64,000 nt of DNA, from positions 310,001 to 374,000 of the forward strand of contig CALSSD010000008.1 of the NCBI GenBank assembly GCA_943788915.1, given 5' to 3'. A program made the translations under genes and the position numbers. Of the stretch, positions 31,717-43,474 are shown piece after piece (position 1 is the stretch's first letter; each line of letters begins with the position of its first letter). Source of the DNA: an uncultured Acidimicrobiales bacterium (GTDB lineage: Bacteria; Actinomycetota; Acidimicrobiia; Acidimicrobiales; UBA10347). The notes under the pieces were generated by a model. That model did no database searches, was not told where the DNA came from, and was given only the letters and a program-made list of their open reading frames with translations.

Positions 31717-31819
31717 TCACCACCAGCTAGATAGCCGCCAGATACGACACCACCTTCACCACGGCGAAGAATGCGGCAACCAGCTCAGCTTCTATGCGAG
31801 CACACCACGAGACCATCGC

Positions 31820-31852
31820 TAAACATGACGGTGCCTGGCACCGTCATGTTTA
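31820..31852. repeat. Palindromic element, GTGCCWGGCAC family
   Basis: Perfect 16-bp arms TAAACATGACGGTGCC-T-GGCACCGTCATGTTTA. Confidence 0.8.
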
Positions 31853-31904
31853 AGGATCAGGCGTGCGTTAGTGGTAACCGATGGCTGGCGGCGATGATTG
31901 AGGA

Positions 31905-33734
31905 ATGACGTCTGCATTGTCAATTACATCTCCGCTGCAAGGAACCATCTGGCAACTTAAGGTTGCTGCCGGAGACGAAGTCCGTCAGGGTCAGGAACTC
32001 ATCATCATCGAGTCGATGAAGATGGAACACCCGATCAAGGCACCTGAGTCCGGCGTGATCAGCATGGTGCTGATCGACGAAGCCGCCACTGTGGTCAAGG
32101 GCGAGAAACTCATCGAGCTCGTTCCCCAAGAAATCAGCGAAGCCGTGGTTGTCGACGAAGGCAAGGTAGATGCAAACCAGGAACGAGCTGACCTGGCCGA
32201 GGTCCGCGACCGCCATGCCAAGGGGTACGACGAAAGCCGTCCTGAACGAGTTGCGAAACGGCGTGCCCGCAATCAACGCACCGCCCGAGAGAACATTGCC
32301 GACCTGGTAGACGAAGACAGCTTCGTCGAATACGGGCCGCTGGTCATTGCCCCCCAGCGTCGTCGCCGTGAGCTACAGGATCTGATCGACAACACCCCGG
32401 CCGACGGCATGGTCAGCGGCGTGGCCACCGTAAATGGCGACCTCTTCGAACCAGAGGTCGCCCAGACCGTGGTCATCTCGTATGACTACATGGTCCTCGC
32501 TGGCACCCAGGGTGGCCAGAACCACCGTAAGAAGGACCGTATGTTTGAGCTGGCAGAACGCCAGCAATTGCCTGTTGTCTTCTTCACCGAAGGTGGTGGC
32601 GGACGTCCTGGCGACACCGACGGCGTGGGCTTTGCTGGGCTCGACTGCCTGGCATTCGCGTACTGGGGAAAGCTCTCAGGACTCGTACCCATGATCGGCA
32701 TCAACTCCGGGTATTGCTTCGCCGGTAATGCCGCCATCCTGGCCTGCTGCGACGTGATCATCGCAACCGAGGACTCTTACATCGGTATGGCTGGTCCCGC
32801 GATGATCGAAGGCGGCGGACTGGGCACCTATCACCCGACCGAAATCGGTCCGATCGAAGTACAGGAAAGCAACGGCGTTGTCGACATTCGGGTTGCCGAT
32901 GAGGCCGAAGGTGTGGCTGTCGCCAAGAAGTACCTGAGCTACTTCCAAGGACCGCTCGATGACTGGCAGGTTCCTGACCAGGATGCACTTCGCCATGTGA
33001 TCCCCGAGAACCGCAAGCAGATCTATGACATGCGCGATGTCATCGATGGGCTCTTCGATGTCGACTCCGTTTTGGAGCTTCGTCCGAAGTGGGCTGATGG
33101 CATGATCACTGCGCTGGCCAGGATGGACGGTCGCCCGGTTGGTGTCATTGCAAACAACCCTCATCATCTCGGTGGCGCAATTGATGCCGCCGCTGCTGAC
33201 AAGTCGGCCAGGTTCATGCAGTTGTGCGAGGCCCACGGCCTGCCGATCGTGTTCTTGTGTGACACCCCAGGGTTCATGGTCGGGCCCGAGAGCGAGGCAG
33301 AGGGCATGGTCCGTCGTGCCGGCCGACTGTTTGTCGTCGGTGCAAGCCTAAGCGTGCCGTTCATGACGATCATCACTCGCAAGGGATACGGCCTGGGCGC
33401 TCAGGCCATGGCTGGCGGCGGTTTCAAACAGCCGATCTTTACGGTCGCATGGCCGACCGGCGAAGTCGGGGGCATGGGTCTCGAAGGTGCCGTCTCGCTC
33501 GGGTACCGCAAGGAGCTCGAGGCAGTCGAAGATCTGGCTGAACGCGAGGTTCTGTACGAGAAGATGGTCGACAAGATGTACGAACACGGCAAGGCCGTAT
33601 CGGCGGCCTCCTACTTCGAGTTCGACGATGTGATCGATCCTGCCGATAGTCGGAAGTGGATCATGACCGCGCTGAGATCCGCCCCATCACCGGAGAACAC
33701 CCCTCGCCGCCATCGACCCATCGACACGGTCTAA
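31905..33734 (+). CDS. Biotin carrier + carboxyltransferase fusion (acyl-CoA carboxylase-like)
   Basis: ESMKME biotin site; DYMVLAGTQG, EGGGGRPGD, DTPGFMVG, RKGYGLG. Confidence 0.9.
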   Translation: MTSALSITSPLQGTIWQLKVAAGDEVRQGQELIIIESMKMEHPIKAPESGVISMVLIDEAATVVKGEKLIELVPQEISEAVVVDEGKVDANQERADLAEVRDRHAKGYDESRPERVAKRRARNQRTARENIADLVDEDSFVEYGPLVIAPQRRRRELQDLIDNTPADGMVSGVATVNGDLFEPEVAQTVVISYDYMVLAGTQGGQNHRKKDRMFELAERQQLPVVFFTEGGGGRPGDTDGVGFAGLDCLAFAYWGKLSGLVPMIGINSGYCFAGNAAILACCDVIIATEDSYIGMAGPAMIEGGGLGTYHPTEIGPIEVQESNGVVDIRVADEAEGVAVAKKYLSYFQGPLDDWQVPDQDALRHVIPENRKQIYDMRDVIDGLFDVDSVLELRPKWADGMITALARMDGRPVGVIANNPHHLGGAIDAAAADKSARFMQLCEAHGLPIVFLCDTPGFMVGPESEAEGMVRRAGRLFVVGASLSVPFMTIITRKGYGLGAQAMAGGGFKQPIFTVAWPTGEVGGMGLEGAVSLGYRKELEAVEDLAEREVLYEKMVDKMYEHGKAVSAASYFEFDDVIDPADSRKWIMTALRSAPSPENTPRRHRPIDTV

Positions 33735-33760
33735 GAAACACGGTCTAAGAAACACGGTCT
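33724..33760. repeat. 14-bp tandem repeat (about 2.6 copies) over a stop codon
   Basis: ACACGGTCTAAGAA x2 + ACACGGTCT. Confidence 0.85.
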
Positions 33761-33770
33761 GAATGGCTTG

Positions 33771-34514
33771 CTACAGCAGCCCACGAATACGCCGGATCCA
33801 GGCCATGTCGCCATTGTCTCCGGCGGCAAAGAACTGATCGAGACGAGCATCGAGTTCGGGTGCGGGGACGGGACCCGCGCCGACCACTCGCATGGTCGCG
33901 GCTCGGTCCTCGTGATCGTCGTGGAACCATGAGCCGTCAATGCTTCGGCCTCGCAAGGTTGTTCGGTCAACGGTTGTTGGCGATCCCCATCGGTGTGAAC
34001 GCCAACCCCATCCGTCGACCTCGATCGTCTGCTCGTCGAGAAGAAGTTCGCCATGCACAATGCACGGCACTTCGAAGGAGTGTGTCGCTGACCCGGCAAT
34101 GACAGCTCCATCTGTCTCCCATTCGAGCTCACAACCCAAAGCGGTACGGAACCCATAGGCACCGGCGAATACATCTTCTGGGTCGTCAAGGGCGACAGAG
34201 AATGCTTCGATGTCCACGGTCATGTGATCGAGCGGCGTTTGCACCCCAATGTCGGTCCACAGCCCTGAAGCTCGGACCTCTAGACCGGGCGGTTTTGGCG
34301 CGGTTGCGTCCAGCTCGACAAGTGAGATCAGTGGATGGCCTTGCTGCACCAGCGACACAAGAAAGGCCATACGGTGGTGTTGCGGCCAGACCATGAACTC
34401 GATCGACATGGCCAGTGATCCATCGGCCTGGACCATGTCGAACAGCCATGACTCGACCCAGTTCGGGTCGTCGGTTGGTTGGTGTGGCCCTTCGTCGGCG
34501 GCAGCAGCGATCAC
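33771..34514 (-). CDS. Hypothetical protein (hydroxyneurosporene-synthase-like beta fold, tentative)
   Basis: WVESWLFD, GWGWRSHRWG; TAACCT-6nt-GTG start. Confidence 0.7.
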   Translation of the reverse strand: MIAAAADEGPHQPTDDPNWVESWLFDMVQADGSLAMSIEFMVWPQHHRMAFLVSLVQQGHPLISLVELDATAPKPPGLEVRASGLWTDIGVQTPLDHMTVDIEAFSVALDDPEDVFAGAYGFRTALGCELEWETDGAVIAGSATHSFEVPCIVHGELLLDEQTIEVDGWGWRSHRWGSPTTVDRTTLRGRSIDGSWFHDDHEDRAATMRVVGAGPVPAPELDARLDQFFAAGDNGDMAWIRRIRGLL

Positions 34515-34897
34515 CGCCGCAGGTTACTCAGCACCTCGCTCTCGGCCATCGGCCAATCGCCTAGTGATGTGGCGGTTGCTGTGTTCTTCTCGGCATGACG
34601 CAACGATACGCACGCCCCTCATCGTAAACAGAGCCGCGAAAGGGTAGCTAACTGCGGTGTGTCAGCATCTGTTGTCGCCACCGGGGACCCACCCGCAGAT
34701 GATGGGCTGCTTGGTCCGTCCGCTACGACAAGTGGTTGTAGTCCAGAATTCGCCAATAAGCCTGCGGTGGCCGCACCCAGGTCGTTCACCTCTGTCGTGC
34801 TGTCGCGGAACTTCCACTGCTTTGCGTTGTCCACGACACCACCAGAGATGCCCAGCCCGAGATAGGTAATGGTGCCCAGTATTCGTACCCTCGGGAC

Positions 34898-35293
34898 GTG
34901 CAGTACTTGAGTGAAGAGTGGATCGAAGCCGCCAATGCCGCTGTTGAAGCTGCTGCGGCTACCGCGCCCGACGCCCGGGTCATCATCGACCAACATGTCC
35001 ACGGTGCGACCAGCTACCAAGTCATCATCGAGCGCGACAGGTGCACAATCGCCGAGCTTGCTGCCGAATCCACCGTTGCTGACGCTGACGCGGTCTTCCG
35101 GCAAAACCTCGAGACGGCCCAAGCGGTCGCACAAGGCACCACCGATGCACATCAGGCATTCCTACTGGGACACATCACATTCGAAGGCACCATCGATGTG
35201 CTGATCGAACGTCGCGACGCCTTTGGGTGGCTCGAATCGACACTCGCCCCCGTCATGGCCGTCACAACATTTGCCACCACCCCAGGTGGTTGA
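34898..35293 (+). CDS. SCP2 sterol-binding-like domain protein
   Basis: YLSEEWIEA, AHQAFLLGHITFEG. Confidence 0.75.
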   Translation: MQYLSEEWIEAANAAVEAAAATAPDARVIIDQHVHGATSYQVIIERDRCTIAELAAESTVADADAVFRQNLETAQAVAQGTTDAHQAFLLGHITFEGTIDVLIERRDAFGWLESTLAPVMAVTTFATTPGG

Positions 35294-35298
35294 TCAGG

Positions 35299-36100
35299 TC
35301 AGCTGGCTGCGAGAAACCGCGCCACCTGACGGTTGAACAGGTCCGGGTCTTCCGATGGTGACAGGTGGCCGATACCTGGTAGGACCACCATCGTCGAGTG
35401 CGCCAGTCCGTCATGAAGAACTGTGGCGTAGACAACCGGCGTCTCTTCGTCGAGTTCACCCACGATCACCAGTGCTTTCGCTGTGATCTCGTGCAGTCGA
35501 GCCCGGATGTCGTTGTGGGGCAAACAGTTGACTGCGGCGCGGAAACCGTCGATGGAGATCCGGGCGAATGCTTCGATGAGATCGGCCCGAATCACCGCAT
35601 CCAAAGGTGTGGCGACAATCGAATCGAGCACAGGCGCCGCCATCGACGCTGGCGTCTGCCCCCTGTCTAGGGCGCCGGTTCGTGTTGCCTTCCATTCCTC
35701 GGGGTCGGTTCCGTTCATACCAAATGCCGGGCTCGTGTCAGCCAGAACCAGGCGCCCGACTCGACTCGGATAGTTGAGCGCGGTGTGCAACACATGCATA
35801 CCTCCGAACGAAAGACCAACCAAGTCTGCCTGGTCGATCTGCAGATGGTCGAGCAGTTCCACCAACCGGGCCGCGATCCGTTCGTAGGTCAGTGGCGATT
35901 CACCCGTCGACGCGCCGTAGCCGGGCATGTCCCAGGCGATGCAGCGATGCGACGACCCGAAGTGTGCCAGTTGAGGATTCCACGAACCCCGGGTCCCTCC
36001 GAGACCGTGTAAGAACAGCAGTGGCGGGCCAGACCCAACCTCTCGCCACCCGGTAACACCACTCGACAGTTCGGCTGACGCTATCTATCCAGGCTGGCAT
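35299..36100 (-). CDS. Alpha/beta hydrolase; probable frameshift near 5' end (~36080)
   Basis: LFLHGLGG, AWDMPGYG, GLSFGG, GELDEET, GHLS; the in-frame region upstream lacks a start codon. Confidence 0.8.
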
Positions 36101-36139
36101 CGCTCTAACCACCACCGCATCGATCGCCGATGCCCACGT

Positions 36140-38018
36140 TCATGTAACGGCTGCGGATCCGAGGTAGGCCGCTTGCACTCGGGGGTCAGCCTGAACCTCG
36201 GTGGGTGTTCCTTCGGCAATGACTTGACCTTGGTCAAACACGTAGATCCGATCAGAAATCCCGGTGATGAAAGCCAAGGTCATGATCGATCACGATCACA
36301 CCAGCGCCCACCGTGGCCGCCATATGGCGGACCTGTTCGATCATCGTCAATGACTCGCTATTACTCATGCCGCTCGTCGGTTCATCGAGAAGCATGAACG
36401 ACGGGGCCATCGCTGCCGCACGGGCAAGTTCAAGCCGTCGGGAGTTGCCATAGTCGAGTTCGCTCGCCCGGCGGTCTCGCAGTTCCCACAACCCGGCTTC
36501 GGCGATCAGCGCATCGGGATCACGCACGACCCGATCCGCCCGATGTTCCCGGGCGACCAGGGCAGCGGTTTCGACGTTCTCGCGCACCGTGAGCGCGCCG
36601 AACAACCGCAGGTTCTGGAAGGTCCTGACCAACCCAGCTCGGGCCAGACCATGTGCAGGCGTCGCAGACAAGTCCAGGTCGTCGATCGCGAACGATCCCG
36701 AGTCGGGCTGGACCATGCCGGTGATCACGTTCACGAACGTGGTTTTGCCGGCCCCGTTCGGGCCGATAATGCCCACGACCTCGCCGCTCGCCGCTGACAG
36801 GCCTGCATTGTTTAATGCCTGGAACCCACCGAAGGCCACGCCGATACCCGAGGCGGTGAACTGGGCGTCGGGGATCACATCGAGCTCGGGCAGACGCTCA
36901 GGTTCTTCTTCATTACCCCGGCCGAAGGTGCGATAGAGCCATTCGTCCAGCTCCCAGTCGCCCAGGATTCCCCCTGGTCGCCAGATCATGAACGCGACCA
37001 TCGACAGTCCCAGCACCACGTTGTTCAGGTTCTCGCGGAAAATCCAATCGAGCGGCTCCTCGTCGAGTCCGATGCCGAACACCTCGAAACCTTCTTGGCC
37101 AAGGCGTCGGGTGAGTTCGCGGCTGGCAGTCATCACCACAACACCAAGCACCGCGCCGGTCACGCTATTGCGACCGCCCACGATCAACATCACCAGGGTC
37201 AACATGGTGTAGTCGAAGAAGAATCGATCGGGAAGGATCGACCCGATCTCCCACACCCGCAACGAGGACCCAATAGAAACGACGACCACGGAAATGACCA
37301 GGGCAACCATCTGTTGCACCAGCGGATTGATACCAACCGCTCGTGCCGCCAGATTGTCTTCGCGGGCCGCAACAGCAAGCCGACCGCTGCGTGATTGGCC
37401 GTACAGACGAGCAACAACCAGTGCTAGAAACAGCACCACAAATATCAACACACGACCATCGAGCGATTCGCCGATACCGAACGACAGACCACCCCGGTTA
37501 CCACCGGTGAGTTCAGACCAGCTTTTGGCGACCTCGTGGGTAACAAAAAGCAGGGCCAGCGTGATCACGGTTGCAGCGACAGCGCCGGATTCGGCACCAG
37601 ATCGGGCCAGGCCAACACCCAGAATCATCGCGGCGACCACTGTGAACGCCACAGCCAAGAGAATAGCTACACCCGGGCTGACCTGAACATCAGTGAGGCC
37701 GAAAGGTGCCTTGGGAATACGTTTGATTTTGTCTTCGGGCGCAATCGCGCTCACGGCAAAGACATACCCGGCTATCGCTCCGAAGCCGACATGGCCGAAT
37801 GACAAGATGCCGGTGTTTCCGATGTAGATCTGGATGCCGATCACGATGATGGCATCGATCAGCATGGTGGTGACCAGGCGTTCGGCGGTACCAGAACCCA
37901 GGATCACCTGATACAGCAGGCCTCCGCCAACGAGAAACCCAAACAGCAGGACGGACCCGGCGAGCGGAAAGGCAATATCGCGCGTCGGTTTCGGGAACAA
38001 GGAACGGAGCGACATCAC
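36140..38018 (-). CDS. Branched-chain amino acid-type ABC permease/ATPase fusion (LivM-LivG); frameshift ~36271
   Basis: TM region, then GPNGAGKTT, LLDEP, DHDLG; shifted frame continues FITGISDRIYVFDQG...VQAAYLG. Confidence 0.88.
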
Positions 38019-38902
38019 ACCCGCTCGACCTGTGGCACTGCAAGCAGTCCCCCAGGCTTGAAGATGAACAACAGCGCGATCAGCACAAACACGAATCCGG
38101 TCGTCAGGTTCTGAATACCTTCCGGTAGCCAGGCTCGAAGCAGGACCTCGGCCAAACCAAGCACGAGCCCTCCAACGACGGCTCCACGCAAGCTGCCAAG
38201 GCCACCGATGAGCGCGGCGAGCACACCTTTGAGCATGGGGTCGATACCTGCGGTCGGGGTAACTGAGCCGGCCCGCATCAACCAGAAGATGCCGGCAATA
38301 CCTGCCAGAAATCCTGACAGCGCAAACGCACCTCGGATAACCGAGTCAGAGTTGACACCCATAAGCCGGGCTGCTTCGAAGTCCGACGCGGCAGCCCGCA
38401 ATGACAGGCCAAACATGGTTCGTTGCAACAGCCAGGTCGTTGCCAGCAAGGTGACGATCGTGACGCCGATAACAAGGAGGTCAAAGATCTCGATGCGGAG
38501 GGAACCAAGGGCCACGGTGTCTGCTGCCCAGCCCGGTCGTTGGATGCTCTTGACAGACGCGGACACGTACAACAAAAACAGTGCCGAGACAATAAAATGC
38601 ACACCGAACGAGGTCAGGAGCATGGTGAAGTCCTTGGCCCCTCGAACCCGGCTGAACGCGATGCGCTCAATCAGTAGTGAACTGCCGACCGCTGAAACAA
38701 GAATGAGCGGCACGACTGTCCACCAATTCCAGCCGTGGTTGAACGCCCAGTAGGTCAGGTAACCAGGAATGGTGATCAGTTCGCCGTGGGCGAAGTTCAG
38801 CAGGTGCATGATGCCGAAGACCACCGCAACACCAAGCGCAAGTAGCGCATAGATGCTGCCGCGGCCGAGACCGTCGATGATGTTCTGCAGCAGCTGGGTC
38901 AT
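38015..38902 (-). CDS. ABC permease, LivH-like
   Basis: GSIYALLALG, LNFAHGE, GGLGSLRGA. Confidence 0.92.
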   Translation of the reverse strand: MTQLLQNIIDGLGRGSIYALLALGVAVVFGIMHLLNFAHGELITIPGYLTYWAFNHGWNWWTVVPLILVSAVGSSLLIERIAFSRVRGAKDFTMLLTSFGVHFIVSALFLLYVSASVKSIQRPGWAADTVALGSLRIEIFDLLVIGVTIVTLLATTWLLQRTMFGLSLRAAASDFEAARLMGVNSDSVIRGAFALSGFLAGIAGIFWLMRAGSVTPTAGIDPMLKGVLAALIGGLGSLRGAVVGGLVLGLAEVLLRAWLPEGIQNLTTGFVFVLIALLFIFKPGGLLAVPQVERV

Positions 38903-38903
38903 G

Positions 38904-39605
38904 TCAACCAGCGACGAAGGTGTCGAACAGGTCGGTACGAGCCAGTAGTTCTGCACCAGTTCCCGAGGCCACCACTTCACCACTTCGCAGCACATAGGCC
39001 CGATCGGCTGCCTGCAACATACGGGTTGCATTCTGCTCGACAACCAGGATGGTGCGGCCCTGGTCTCGGAGTTGCTCGATCAGATCAAACACCAGGTCGA
39101 CAAGAATCGGTGCAAGACCGAGCGAGGGTTCGTCCATCATCAGCAGTTTCGGCTTGGACATAAGCGCTCGGGCGATAGCTAACTGTTGAGCTTCGCCACC
39201 GGACATGTACCCCGCAGGGACATCCCACTTCTTTTTGAGCACCGGAAAGAGGTCAGCCATCTCCTCGAGCAGCGCAGCCCGTTCTGATGCCTTAACCGTG
39301 ACGCCACCGATCTTCAGGTTTTCTTCGACCGTCATGTCGGTGAAGATTCGACGATGTTCGGGCACCAGCGCGAGACCAGCCCGCAAGATCTTCTCGGGGG
39401 CAACATTGGTGATGTCGTTGCCGTCGAAGGTGACCGTGCCCGTGTCGGGTCGCAGCAGTCCTGCGATTGACCCCAACAGGGTGGTTTTGCCAGCCCCGTT
39501 GGGACCGATGAGGCCGACGACCTCACCAGCCCCTACGGACAGGCCTGCATCTCGAAGCGCGGAGATCGCGCCATATTTCGTGGTGACTCCGGTGACTTCG
39601 AGCAT
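38904..39605 (-). CDS. ABC ATP-binding protein, LivF-like
   Basis: GPNGAGKTT, MSGGEAQ, DEPSLGLAP, VEQNA. Confidence 0.93.
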   Translation of the reverse strand: MLEVTGVTTKYGAISALRDAGLSVGAGEVVGLIGPNGAGKTTLLGSIAGLLRPDTGTVTFDGNDITNVAPEKILRAGLALVPEHRRIFTDMTVEENLKIGGVTVKASERAALLEEMADLFPVLKKKWDVPAGYMSGGEAQQLAIARALMSKPKLLMMDEPSLGLAPILVDLVFDLIEQLRDQGRTILVVEQNATRMLQAADRAYVLRSGEVVASGTGAELLARTDLFDTFVAG

Positions 39606-39614
39606 GTTCGGGTT

Positions 39615-40889
39615 TTAGCCGATTTCGGTGAGCAGCACGTTTTCGCCACCCTGAACCTGTGCGATTGGTACCGCCTTGTCAGGGATGCCGTTGGTGCCGG
39701 CGTAGGTGATCGTGCCCGATGTTCCTTCGAACCCGGAGATGTTCTTCACCGCTTCGGCGATGCCGGAAGGTTCGGTGCAGCCACAGTCCAAGATGCCCTG
39801 GATACCAAGCAACATGGAGTCCACATACAGCGGCATGAAACCGAGGCTGTCGAGCTCAACGCCAGCGGCGATGGCCTGCTGGAACAACATGTCGTTCGCT
39901 CCGCCGGCCGCAATGATCGTGTGTGGCGTGTGGATCATGCCTTCGCCACCGGTTTCGAACTGGACCCCGGTTGCGTCCATGGCATCGGTGCCCATGTAGG
40001 TAAGGCCATCGAGGCCCTGGCCCTCGAGCTGAGCTCGCAGTGCAGTCACTTGGAATGCAGCAGCTGCGGAGAAGACCACTTCGGTGCCGTCGGCGACGGT
40101 TGCGATGTCGTTGACCTGCGACGAGAAGTCGGTGTCTACAAACCAGGCGTAGGTCTGGGTGCTGACGATTTCGCCACCACCTGCGGTGAACGCTGCAACG
40201 AATGCATCGGGATTAACACCGGAGTACGGCACACCTTCGCCTTCGGTGAACACAATTGCCCGGGTGAGACCCTGTGATAGGGCGTATTCAGCCGATGCTT
40301 CGGACTGGCCGAAGTCGTCGAAGGTGACGAGGAACGTGTTGCTGTCGGCATCGGCGAGCGTGGGTTCGGTCGAGGCTGCGGCGAAGATGGCGTATTGGCC
40401 ATCGCCGGTCTGCTGCATGGGCAGTGTTGCATCGGCGAATGGTGGGCCGACGAAGAAGTGTGCACCCCAGTCGATGAGTTCCTGGGTTGCGAGTGCCGCG
40501 TCGGTGCCTGCTTCGGCGACTCGTACTTCGACTGGCTGGCCATTGATGCCACCTGCGCAGTTGGCCAGTTCGGCCACGTATGGCACGAGCTTTGAGCCGG
40601 GGATGTCAACGAAGCCGGCGGCCTCGCTGAAGTCCATAACCATGCCGACCTTGATGGCGTCGCCACTTGGGGCAGCAGCACAGTTGTCGAGGTCAGCGCC
40701 CATGATTGCGTCGAGATCGATGCCCGCAGCAGGAGCTGCCGGTTCATCGGCATCGGCCGATGTGTCGGCGGTATCGGATGATCCAGTATCGGTTGCCGTA
40801 CTGTCAGAATCACCGTCGGAACCACTACCGCATGCAGTGGCGATCATTGCTAAGGCCAAAAATAGGCCTACTAGCTGACGAAGTTTCAC
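39615..40889 (-). CDS. ABC substrate-binding lipoprotein, LivJ-like
   Basis: Lipobox ATAC, GGINGQPVE, DFSSQV; GGAGG SD. Confidence 0.9.
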   Translation of the reverse strand: MKLRQLVGLFLALAMIATACGSGSDGDSDSTATDTGSSDTADTSADADEPAAPAAGIDLDAIMGADLDNCAAAPSGDAIKVGMVMDFSEAAGFVDIPGSKLVPYVAELANCAGGINGQPVEVRVAEAGTDAALATQELIDWGAHFFVGPPFADATLPMQQTGDGQYAIFAAASTEPTLADADSNTFLVTFDDFGQSEASAEYALSQGLTRAIVFTEGEGVPYSGVNPDAFVAAFTAGGGEIVSTQTYAWFVDTDFSSQVNDIATVADGTEVVFSAAAAFQVTALRAQLEGQGLDGLTYMGTDAMDATGVQFETGGEGMIHTPHTIIAAGGANDMLFQQAIAAGVELDSLGFMPLYVDSMLLGIQGILDCGCTEPSGIAEAVKNISGFEGTSGTITYAGTNGIPDKAVPIAQVQGGENVLLTEIG

Positions 40890-41025
40890 GTTGTCCCCTC
40901 CAAGGTAAACGAGTAATCACAGCCAAATCGCTGCGTCCATCTTCTTGTTCGTATCACTCTAAAACACGCATACAGACGACGAAACCGCCGCCAGCTGACG
41001 TGGCTGGCAACGTACTACACAAATC

Positions 41026-41039
41026 GTTCGGTAGCTAAC
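41026..41039. promoter_or_regulatory. Degenerate operator copy upstream of the ABC operon
   Basis: GTTCGGTAGCTAAC, 11/14 match to GTTTGGTACCAAAC. Confidence 0.55.
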
Positions 41040-41070
41040 GACTCGACGTACCACCATGGCCGTTCACAGC

Positions 41071-42529
41071 TCAGGAAACCGTGCCGTCCAGAATCATGAG
41101 CGTCTTCAGATCGCTGTGGAAATCGAGCGCATGATCGCCGCCTTCGCGGCCAATACCGCTGATGCCGCAGCCACCGAACGGTGCAGTCAGATCGCGCACA
41201 AGGAAGGTGTTGACCCATACCAGGCCGGTGCGCAGGGCGCGGCCAACCCGCTCGGCCCGCTCCGCCGATGTGGTGAACACGATTGCGGACAGCCCATAGT
41301 CCGTGCTGTTGGCAAGTTCGAGTGCTTCGGCTTCGTCGGCAAATGTCTGGAAGGTCAGCACCGGGCCGAAGATCTCACGTTGCACCACTTCACTGTCGTT
41401 CGACGCCGGTTCGATGAGTGTTGGTAGGTAGTGCAGACTTCCGTCGGCCATCTCACCGCCTCGAACAATCGTGTCGCCAGCCGCTGCAGCTCGTTCGACA
41501 AACCCATGGACATTCGCCCGATGATCGGGGTGCACCAGTGGCCCAATATCGGTGCCGTCGTCGCGAGGGTCACCAAGCACAAGCGCATCGACATGAGCGT
41601 GAAACTTGGTCAGGAACTCCTCGCGGATTGACGCTTCGACCAGAAGCCGGGTGCCAGCAAGGCAGACCTGACCCGAGTCATCGAACTGCCATGCTGCTCG
41701 GTGGGCTGCAGCATCGATATCGGCATCGGCGAAGACGATCAGAGGGCCTTTGCCACCGAGCTCGGCGGTAAACGGAACGAGGTTCGTTGCGGCCGCCCGG
41801 CCAATGATTCGACCTGTTTCCGGTGAGCCGGTGAACGTGATGCGTTTCACCCCCGGGTTCGCGACCAGTGCTGCGCCGACCTCTTCGCCAACACCTTGCA
41901 CCAGGTTGTAGGCAGCCGGGCGGGAAGCCAGCTAGAACCGCGAGCTCCGCCAGCAATGCTGCAGACAGCGGCGACCACTCGGCCGGCTTGTGGATCACGC
42001 TGTTGCCGGCAGCAAGTGCCGGGGCCAGCTTCCAGGTGCTGAGCATGAACGGTGCGTTCCACGGGGTGATCACGACTGCCGGTCCTGCGGGCATACGTTG
42101 CACCAGGTTGCGCATGTTCTTGGCGTCCCAGGTGCGTTCTTCGTGGGCCACGATCAGATCGGCGTAGAGCCGGAAATTCACTGCGCCCCGAGCGACGAGT
42201 CGGTTCTTCATCGACTCGTACATGAAACCCATGTCGAGTGATTCGACCATGGCGATCTCGTCGTTGTGCGCCTCGATCAGATCAGCCATGGTGTGCATGA
42301 CCGCCGCACGTTCAGCCACCGAATAGTTGCCCCACACGGCAAACCCAGCACTGGCAGCTTCGACCGCGGCGTCGGCGGTGGTTTGGTCGCCACGAGCGAC
42401 GTTGGCCAGAACTCCCCCATCCCAATCGAGCGGTGATCGGGATTCGAACGTGGTCGGTGAGCCGACCCATTCACCACCGATCAGATGATCGACGGGCACA
42501 GCGGTGCCACCCACATCGGCGATTCGCAT
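41071..42529 (-). CDS. Aldehyde dehydrogenase (HpaE/hydroxymuconic semialdehyde dehydrogenase-like); frameshift ~41911
   Basis: ITPWNAP, KPAEWSP, FTGS, ELGGK, GQVCLAG, EIFGP, PFGG; the two ORFs join with a 1-nt correction. Confidence 0.9.
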
Positions 42530-43442
42530 CAGGCGTCGTCGCCGTCGGTTGCACCATCCGTGTCGTCGACCTTGGAGATGTAGTGTTTGGCGCCTGGACC
42601 CAACGGGGAACGAATGCCCCGGAACTCCCAATCGCCGCCTTGTGCGGTGGACATCACTTCTTCAGAGTCACTCGGTTGAGCGCCAACATCGGTGCGAATT
42701 GGGGTCGGCCCGGTAACGATCGTGTTGGTGAGTGAACGCCTAGGCCCTCGACCTCGACGGTCACGACATCGCCGGGGTACACCGTGCGAGAGTTCGCGGG
42801 TGTGCCGGAGAGCAGGATGTCGCCCGGCACCAGGGTGATCGTGCGGGCTATGTCAGCAACGATGTAGTGCATGTCCCACTCCATCTCATCGGTCGAAGCA
42901 TCTTGTTTCACTTCGCCGTTGACCAACGTGCGGATCTGCTTGCCTCGAAAGTCCCAATCGGTGACCAGCCCCGGCCCAACCGGACACAACGTGTCGCTGC
43001 CTTTCACCCGCAACATGGAGCCGGCGTCAGTGTCTCGAAAATCGTGCAGGCCATAGTCGTTCGACACGCTGTACCCAGCGATGTACTCGCCCGCCTCAGC
43101 CGGCGAAATGTTGCGACACGTCTTGCCGATAACGATGGCAATCTCGCCCTCGAAGTTGAGCCACTCACATCCGGCGGGCCGGACCACATTGGACCCATGA
43201 CCGGTCAACGCGGTAACCGGCTTGTGGAAGTACGTCGGTGCTGCTGGCAGCTTGGTCATGAATTCGTCGACCCGGCTGCGGTAGTTCAGGTGGATACAGA
43301 TGATCTTGGTTGGTTCGACGGGAGCCAGGTGAGTCGCTGCGTCGATCCCGACCGACCGACCATCGCCAGCGATCAGCATGTCGCCGTCGCGGCGAACCTC
43401 GGTCGGATAACCATCGAGCAGAATGCGTCGAATCTCAGCCAT
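42529..43442 (-). CDS. Fumarylacetoacetate hydrolase family protein (HpaG-like); frameshift ~42733
   Basis: KIICIHLNY, FEGEIA, NDYG, VKGSDT, GDILLSGTP; shifted frame continues LTNTIVTG to a TGA overlapping the next ATG. Confidence 0.9.
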
Positions 43443-43474
43443 GGGGGGACACCTCTCGTAGATGGGTCAAAGTA

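Noticed and set aside
34530..34880. Short overlapping ORFs in the divergent spacer
   Set aside because: No recognisable family or start signals; possibly a remnant
36260..36280. Programmed frameshifting in the ABC fusion or other shifted genes
   Set aside because: No slippery heptamer or stimulatory structure seen; sequencing error is simpler
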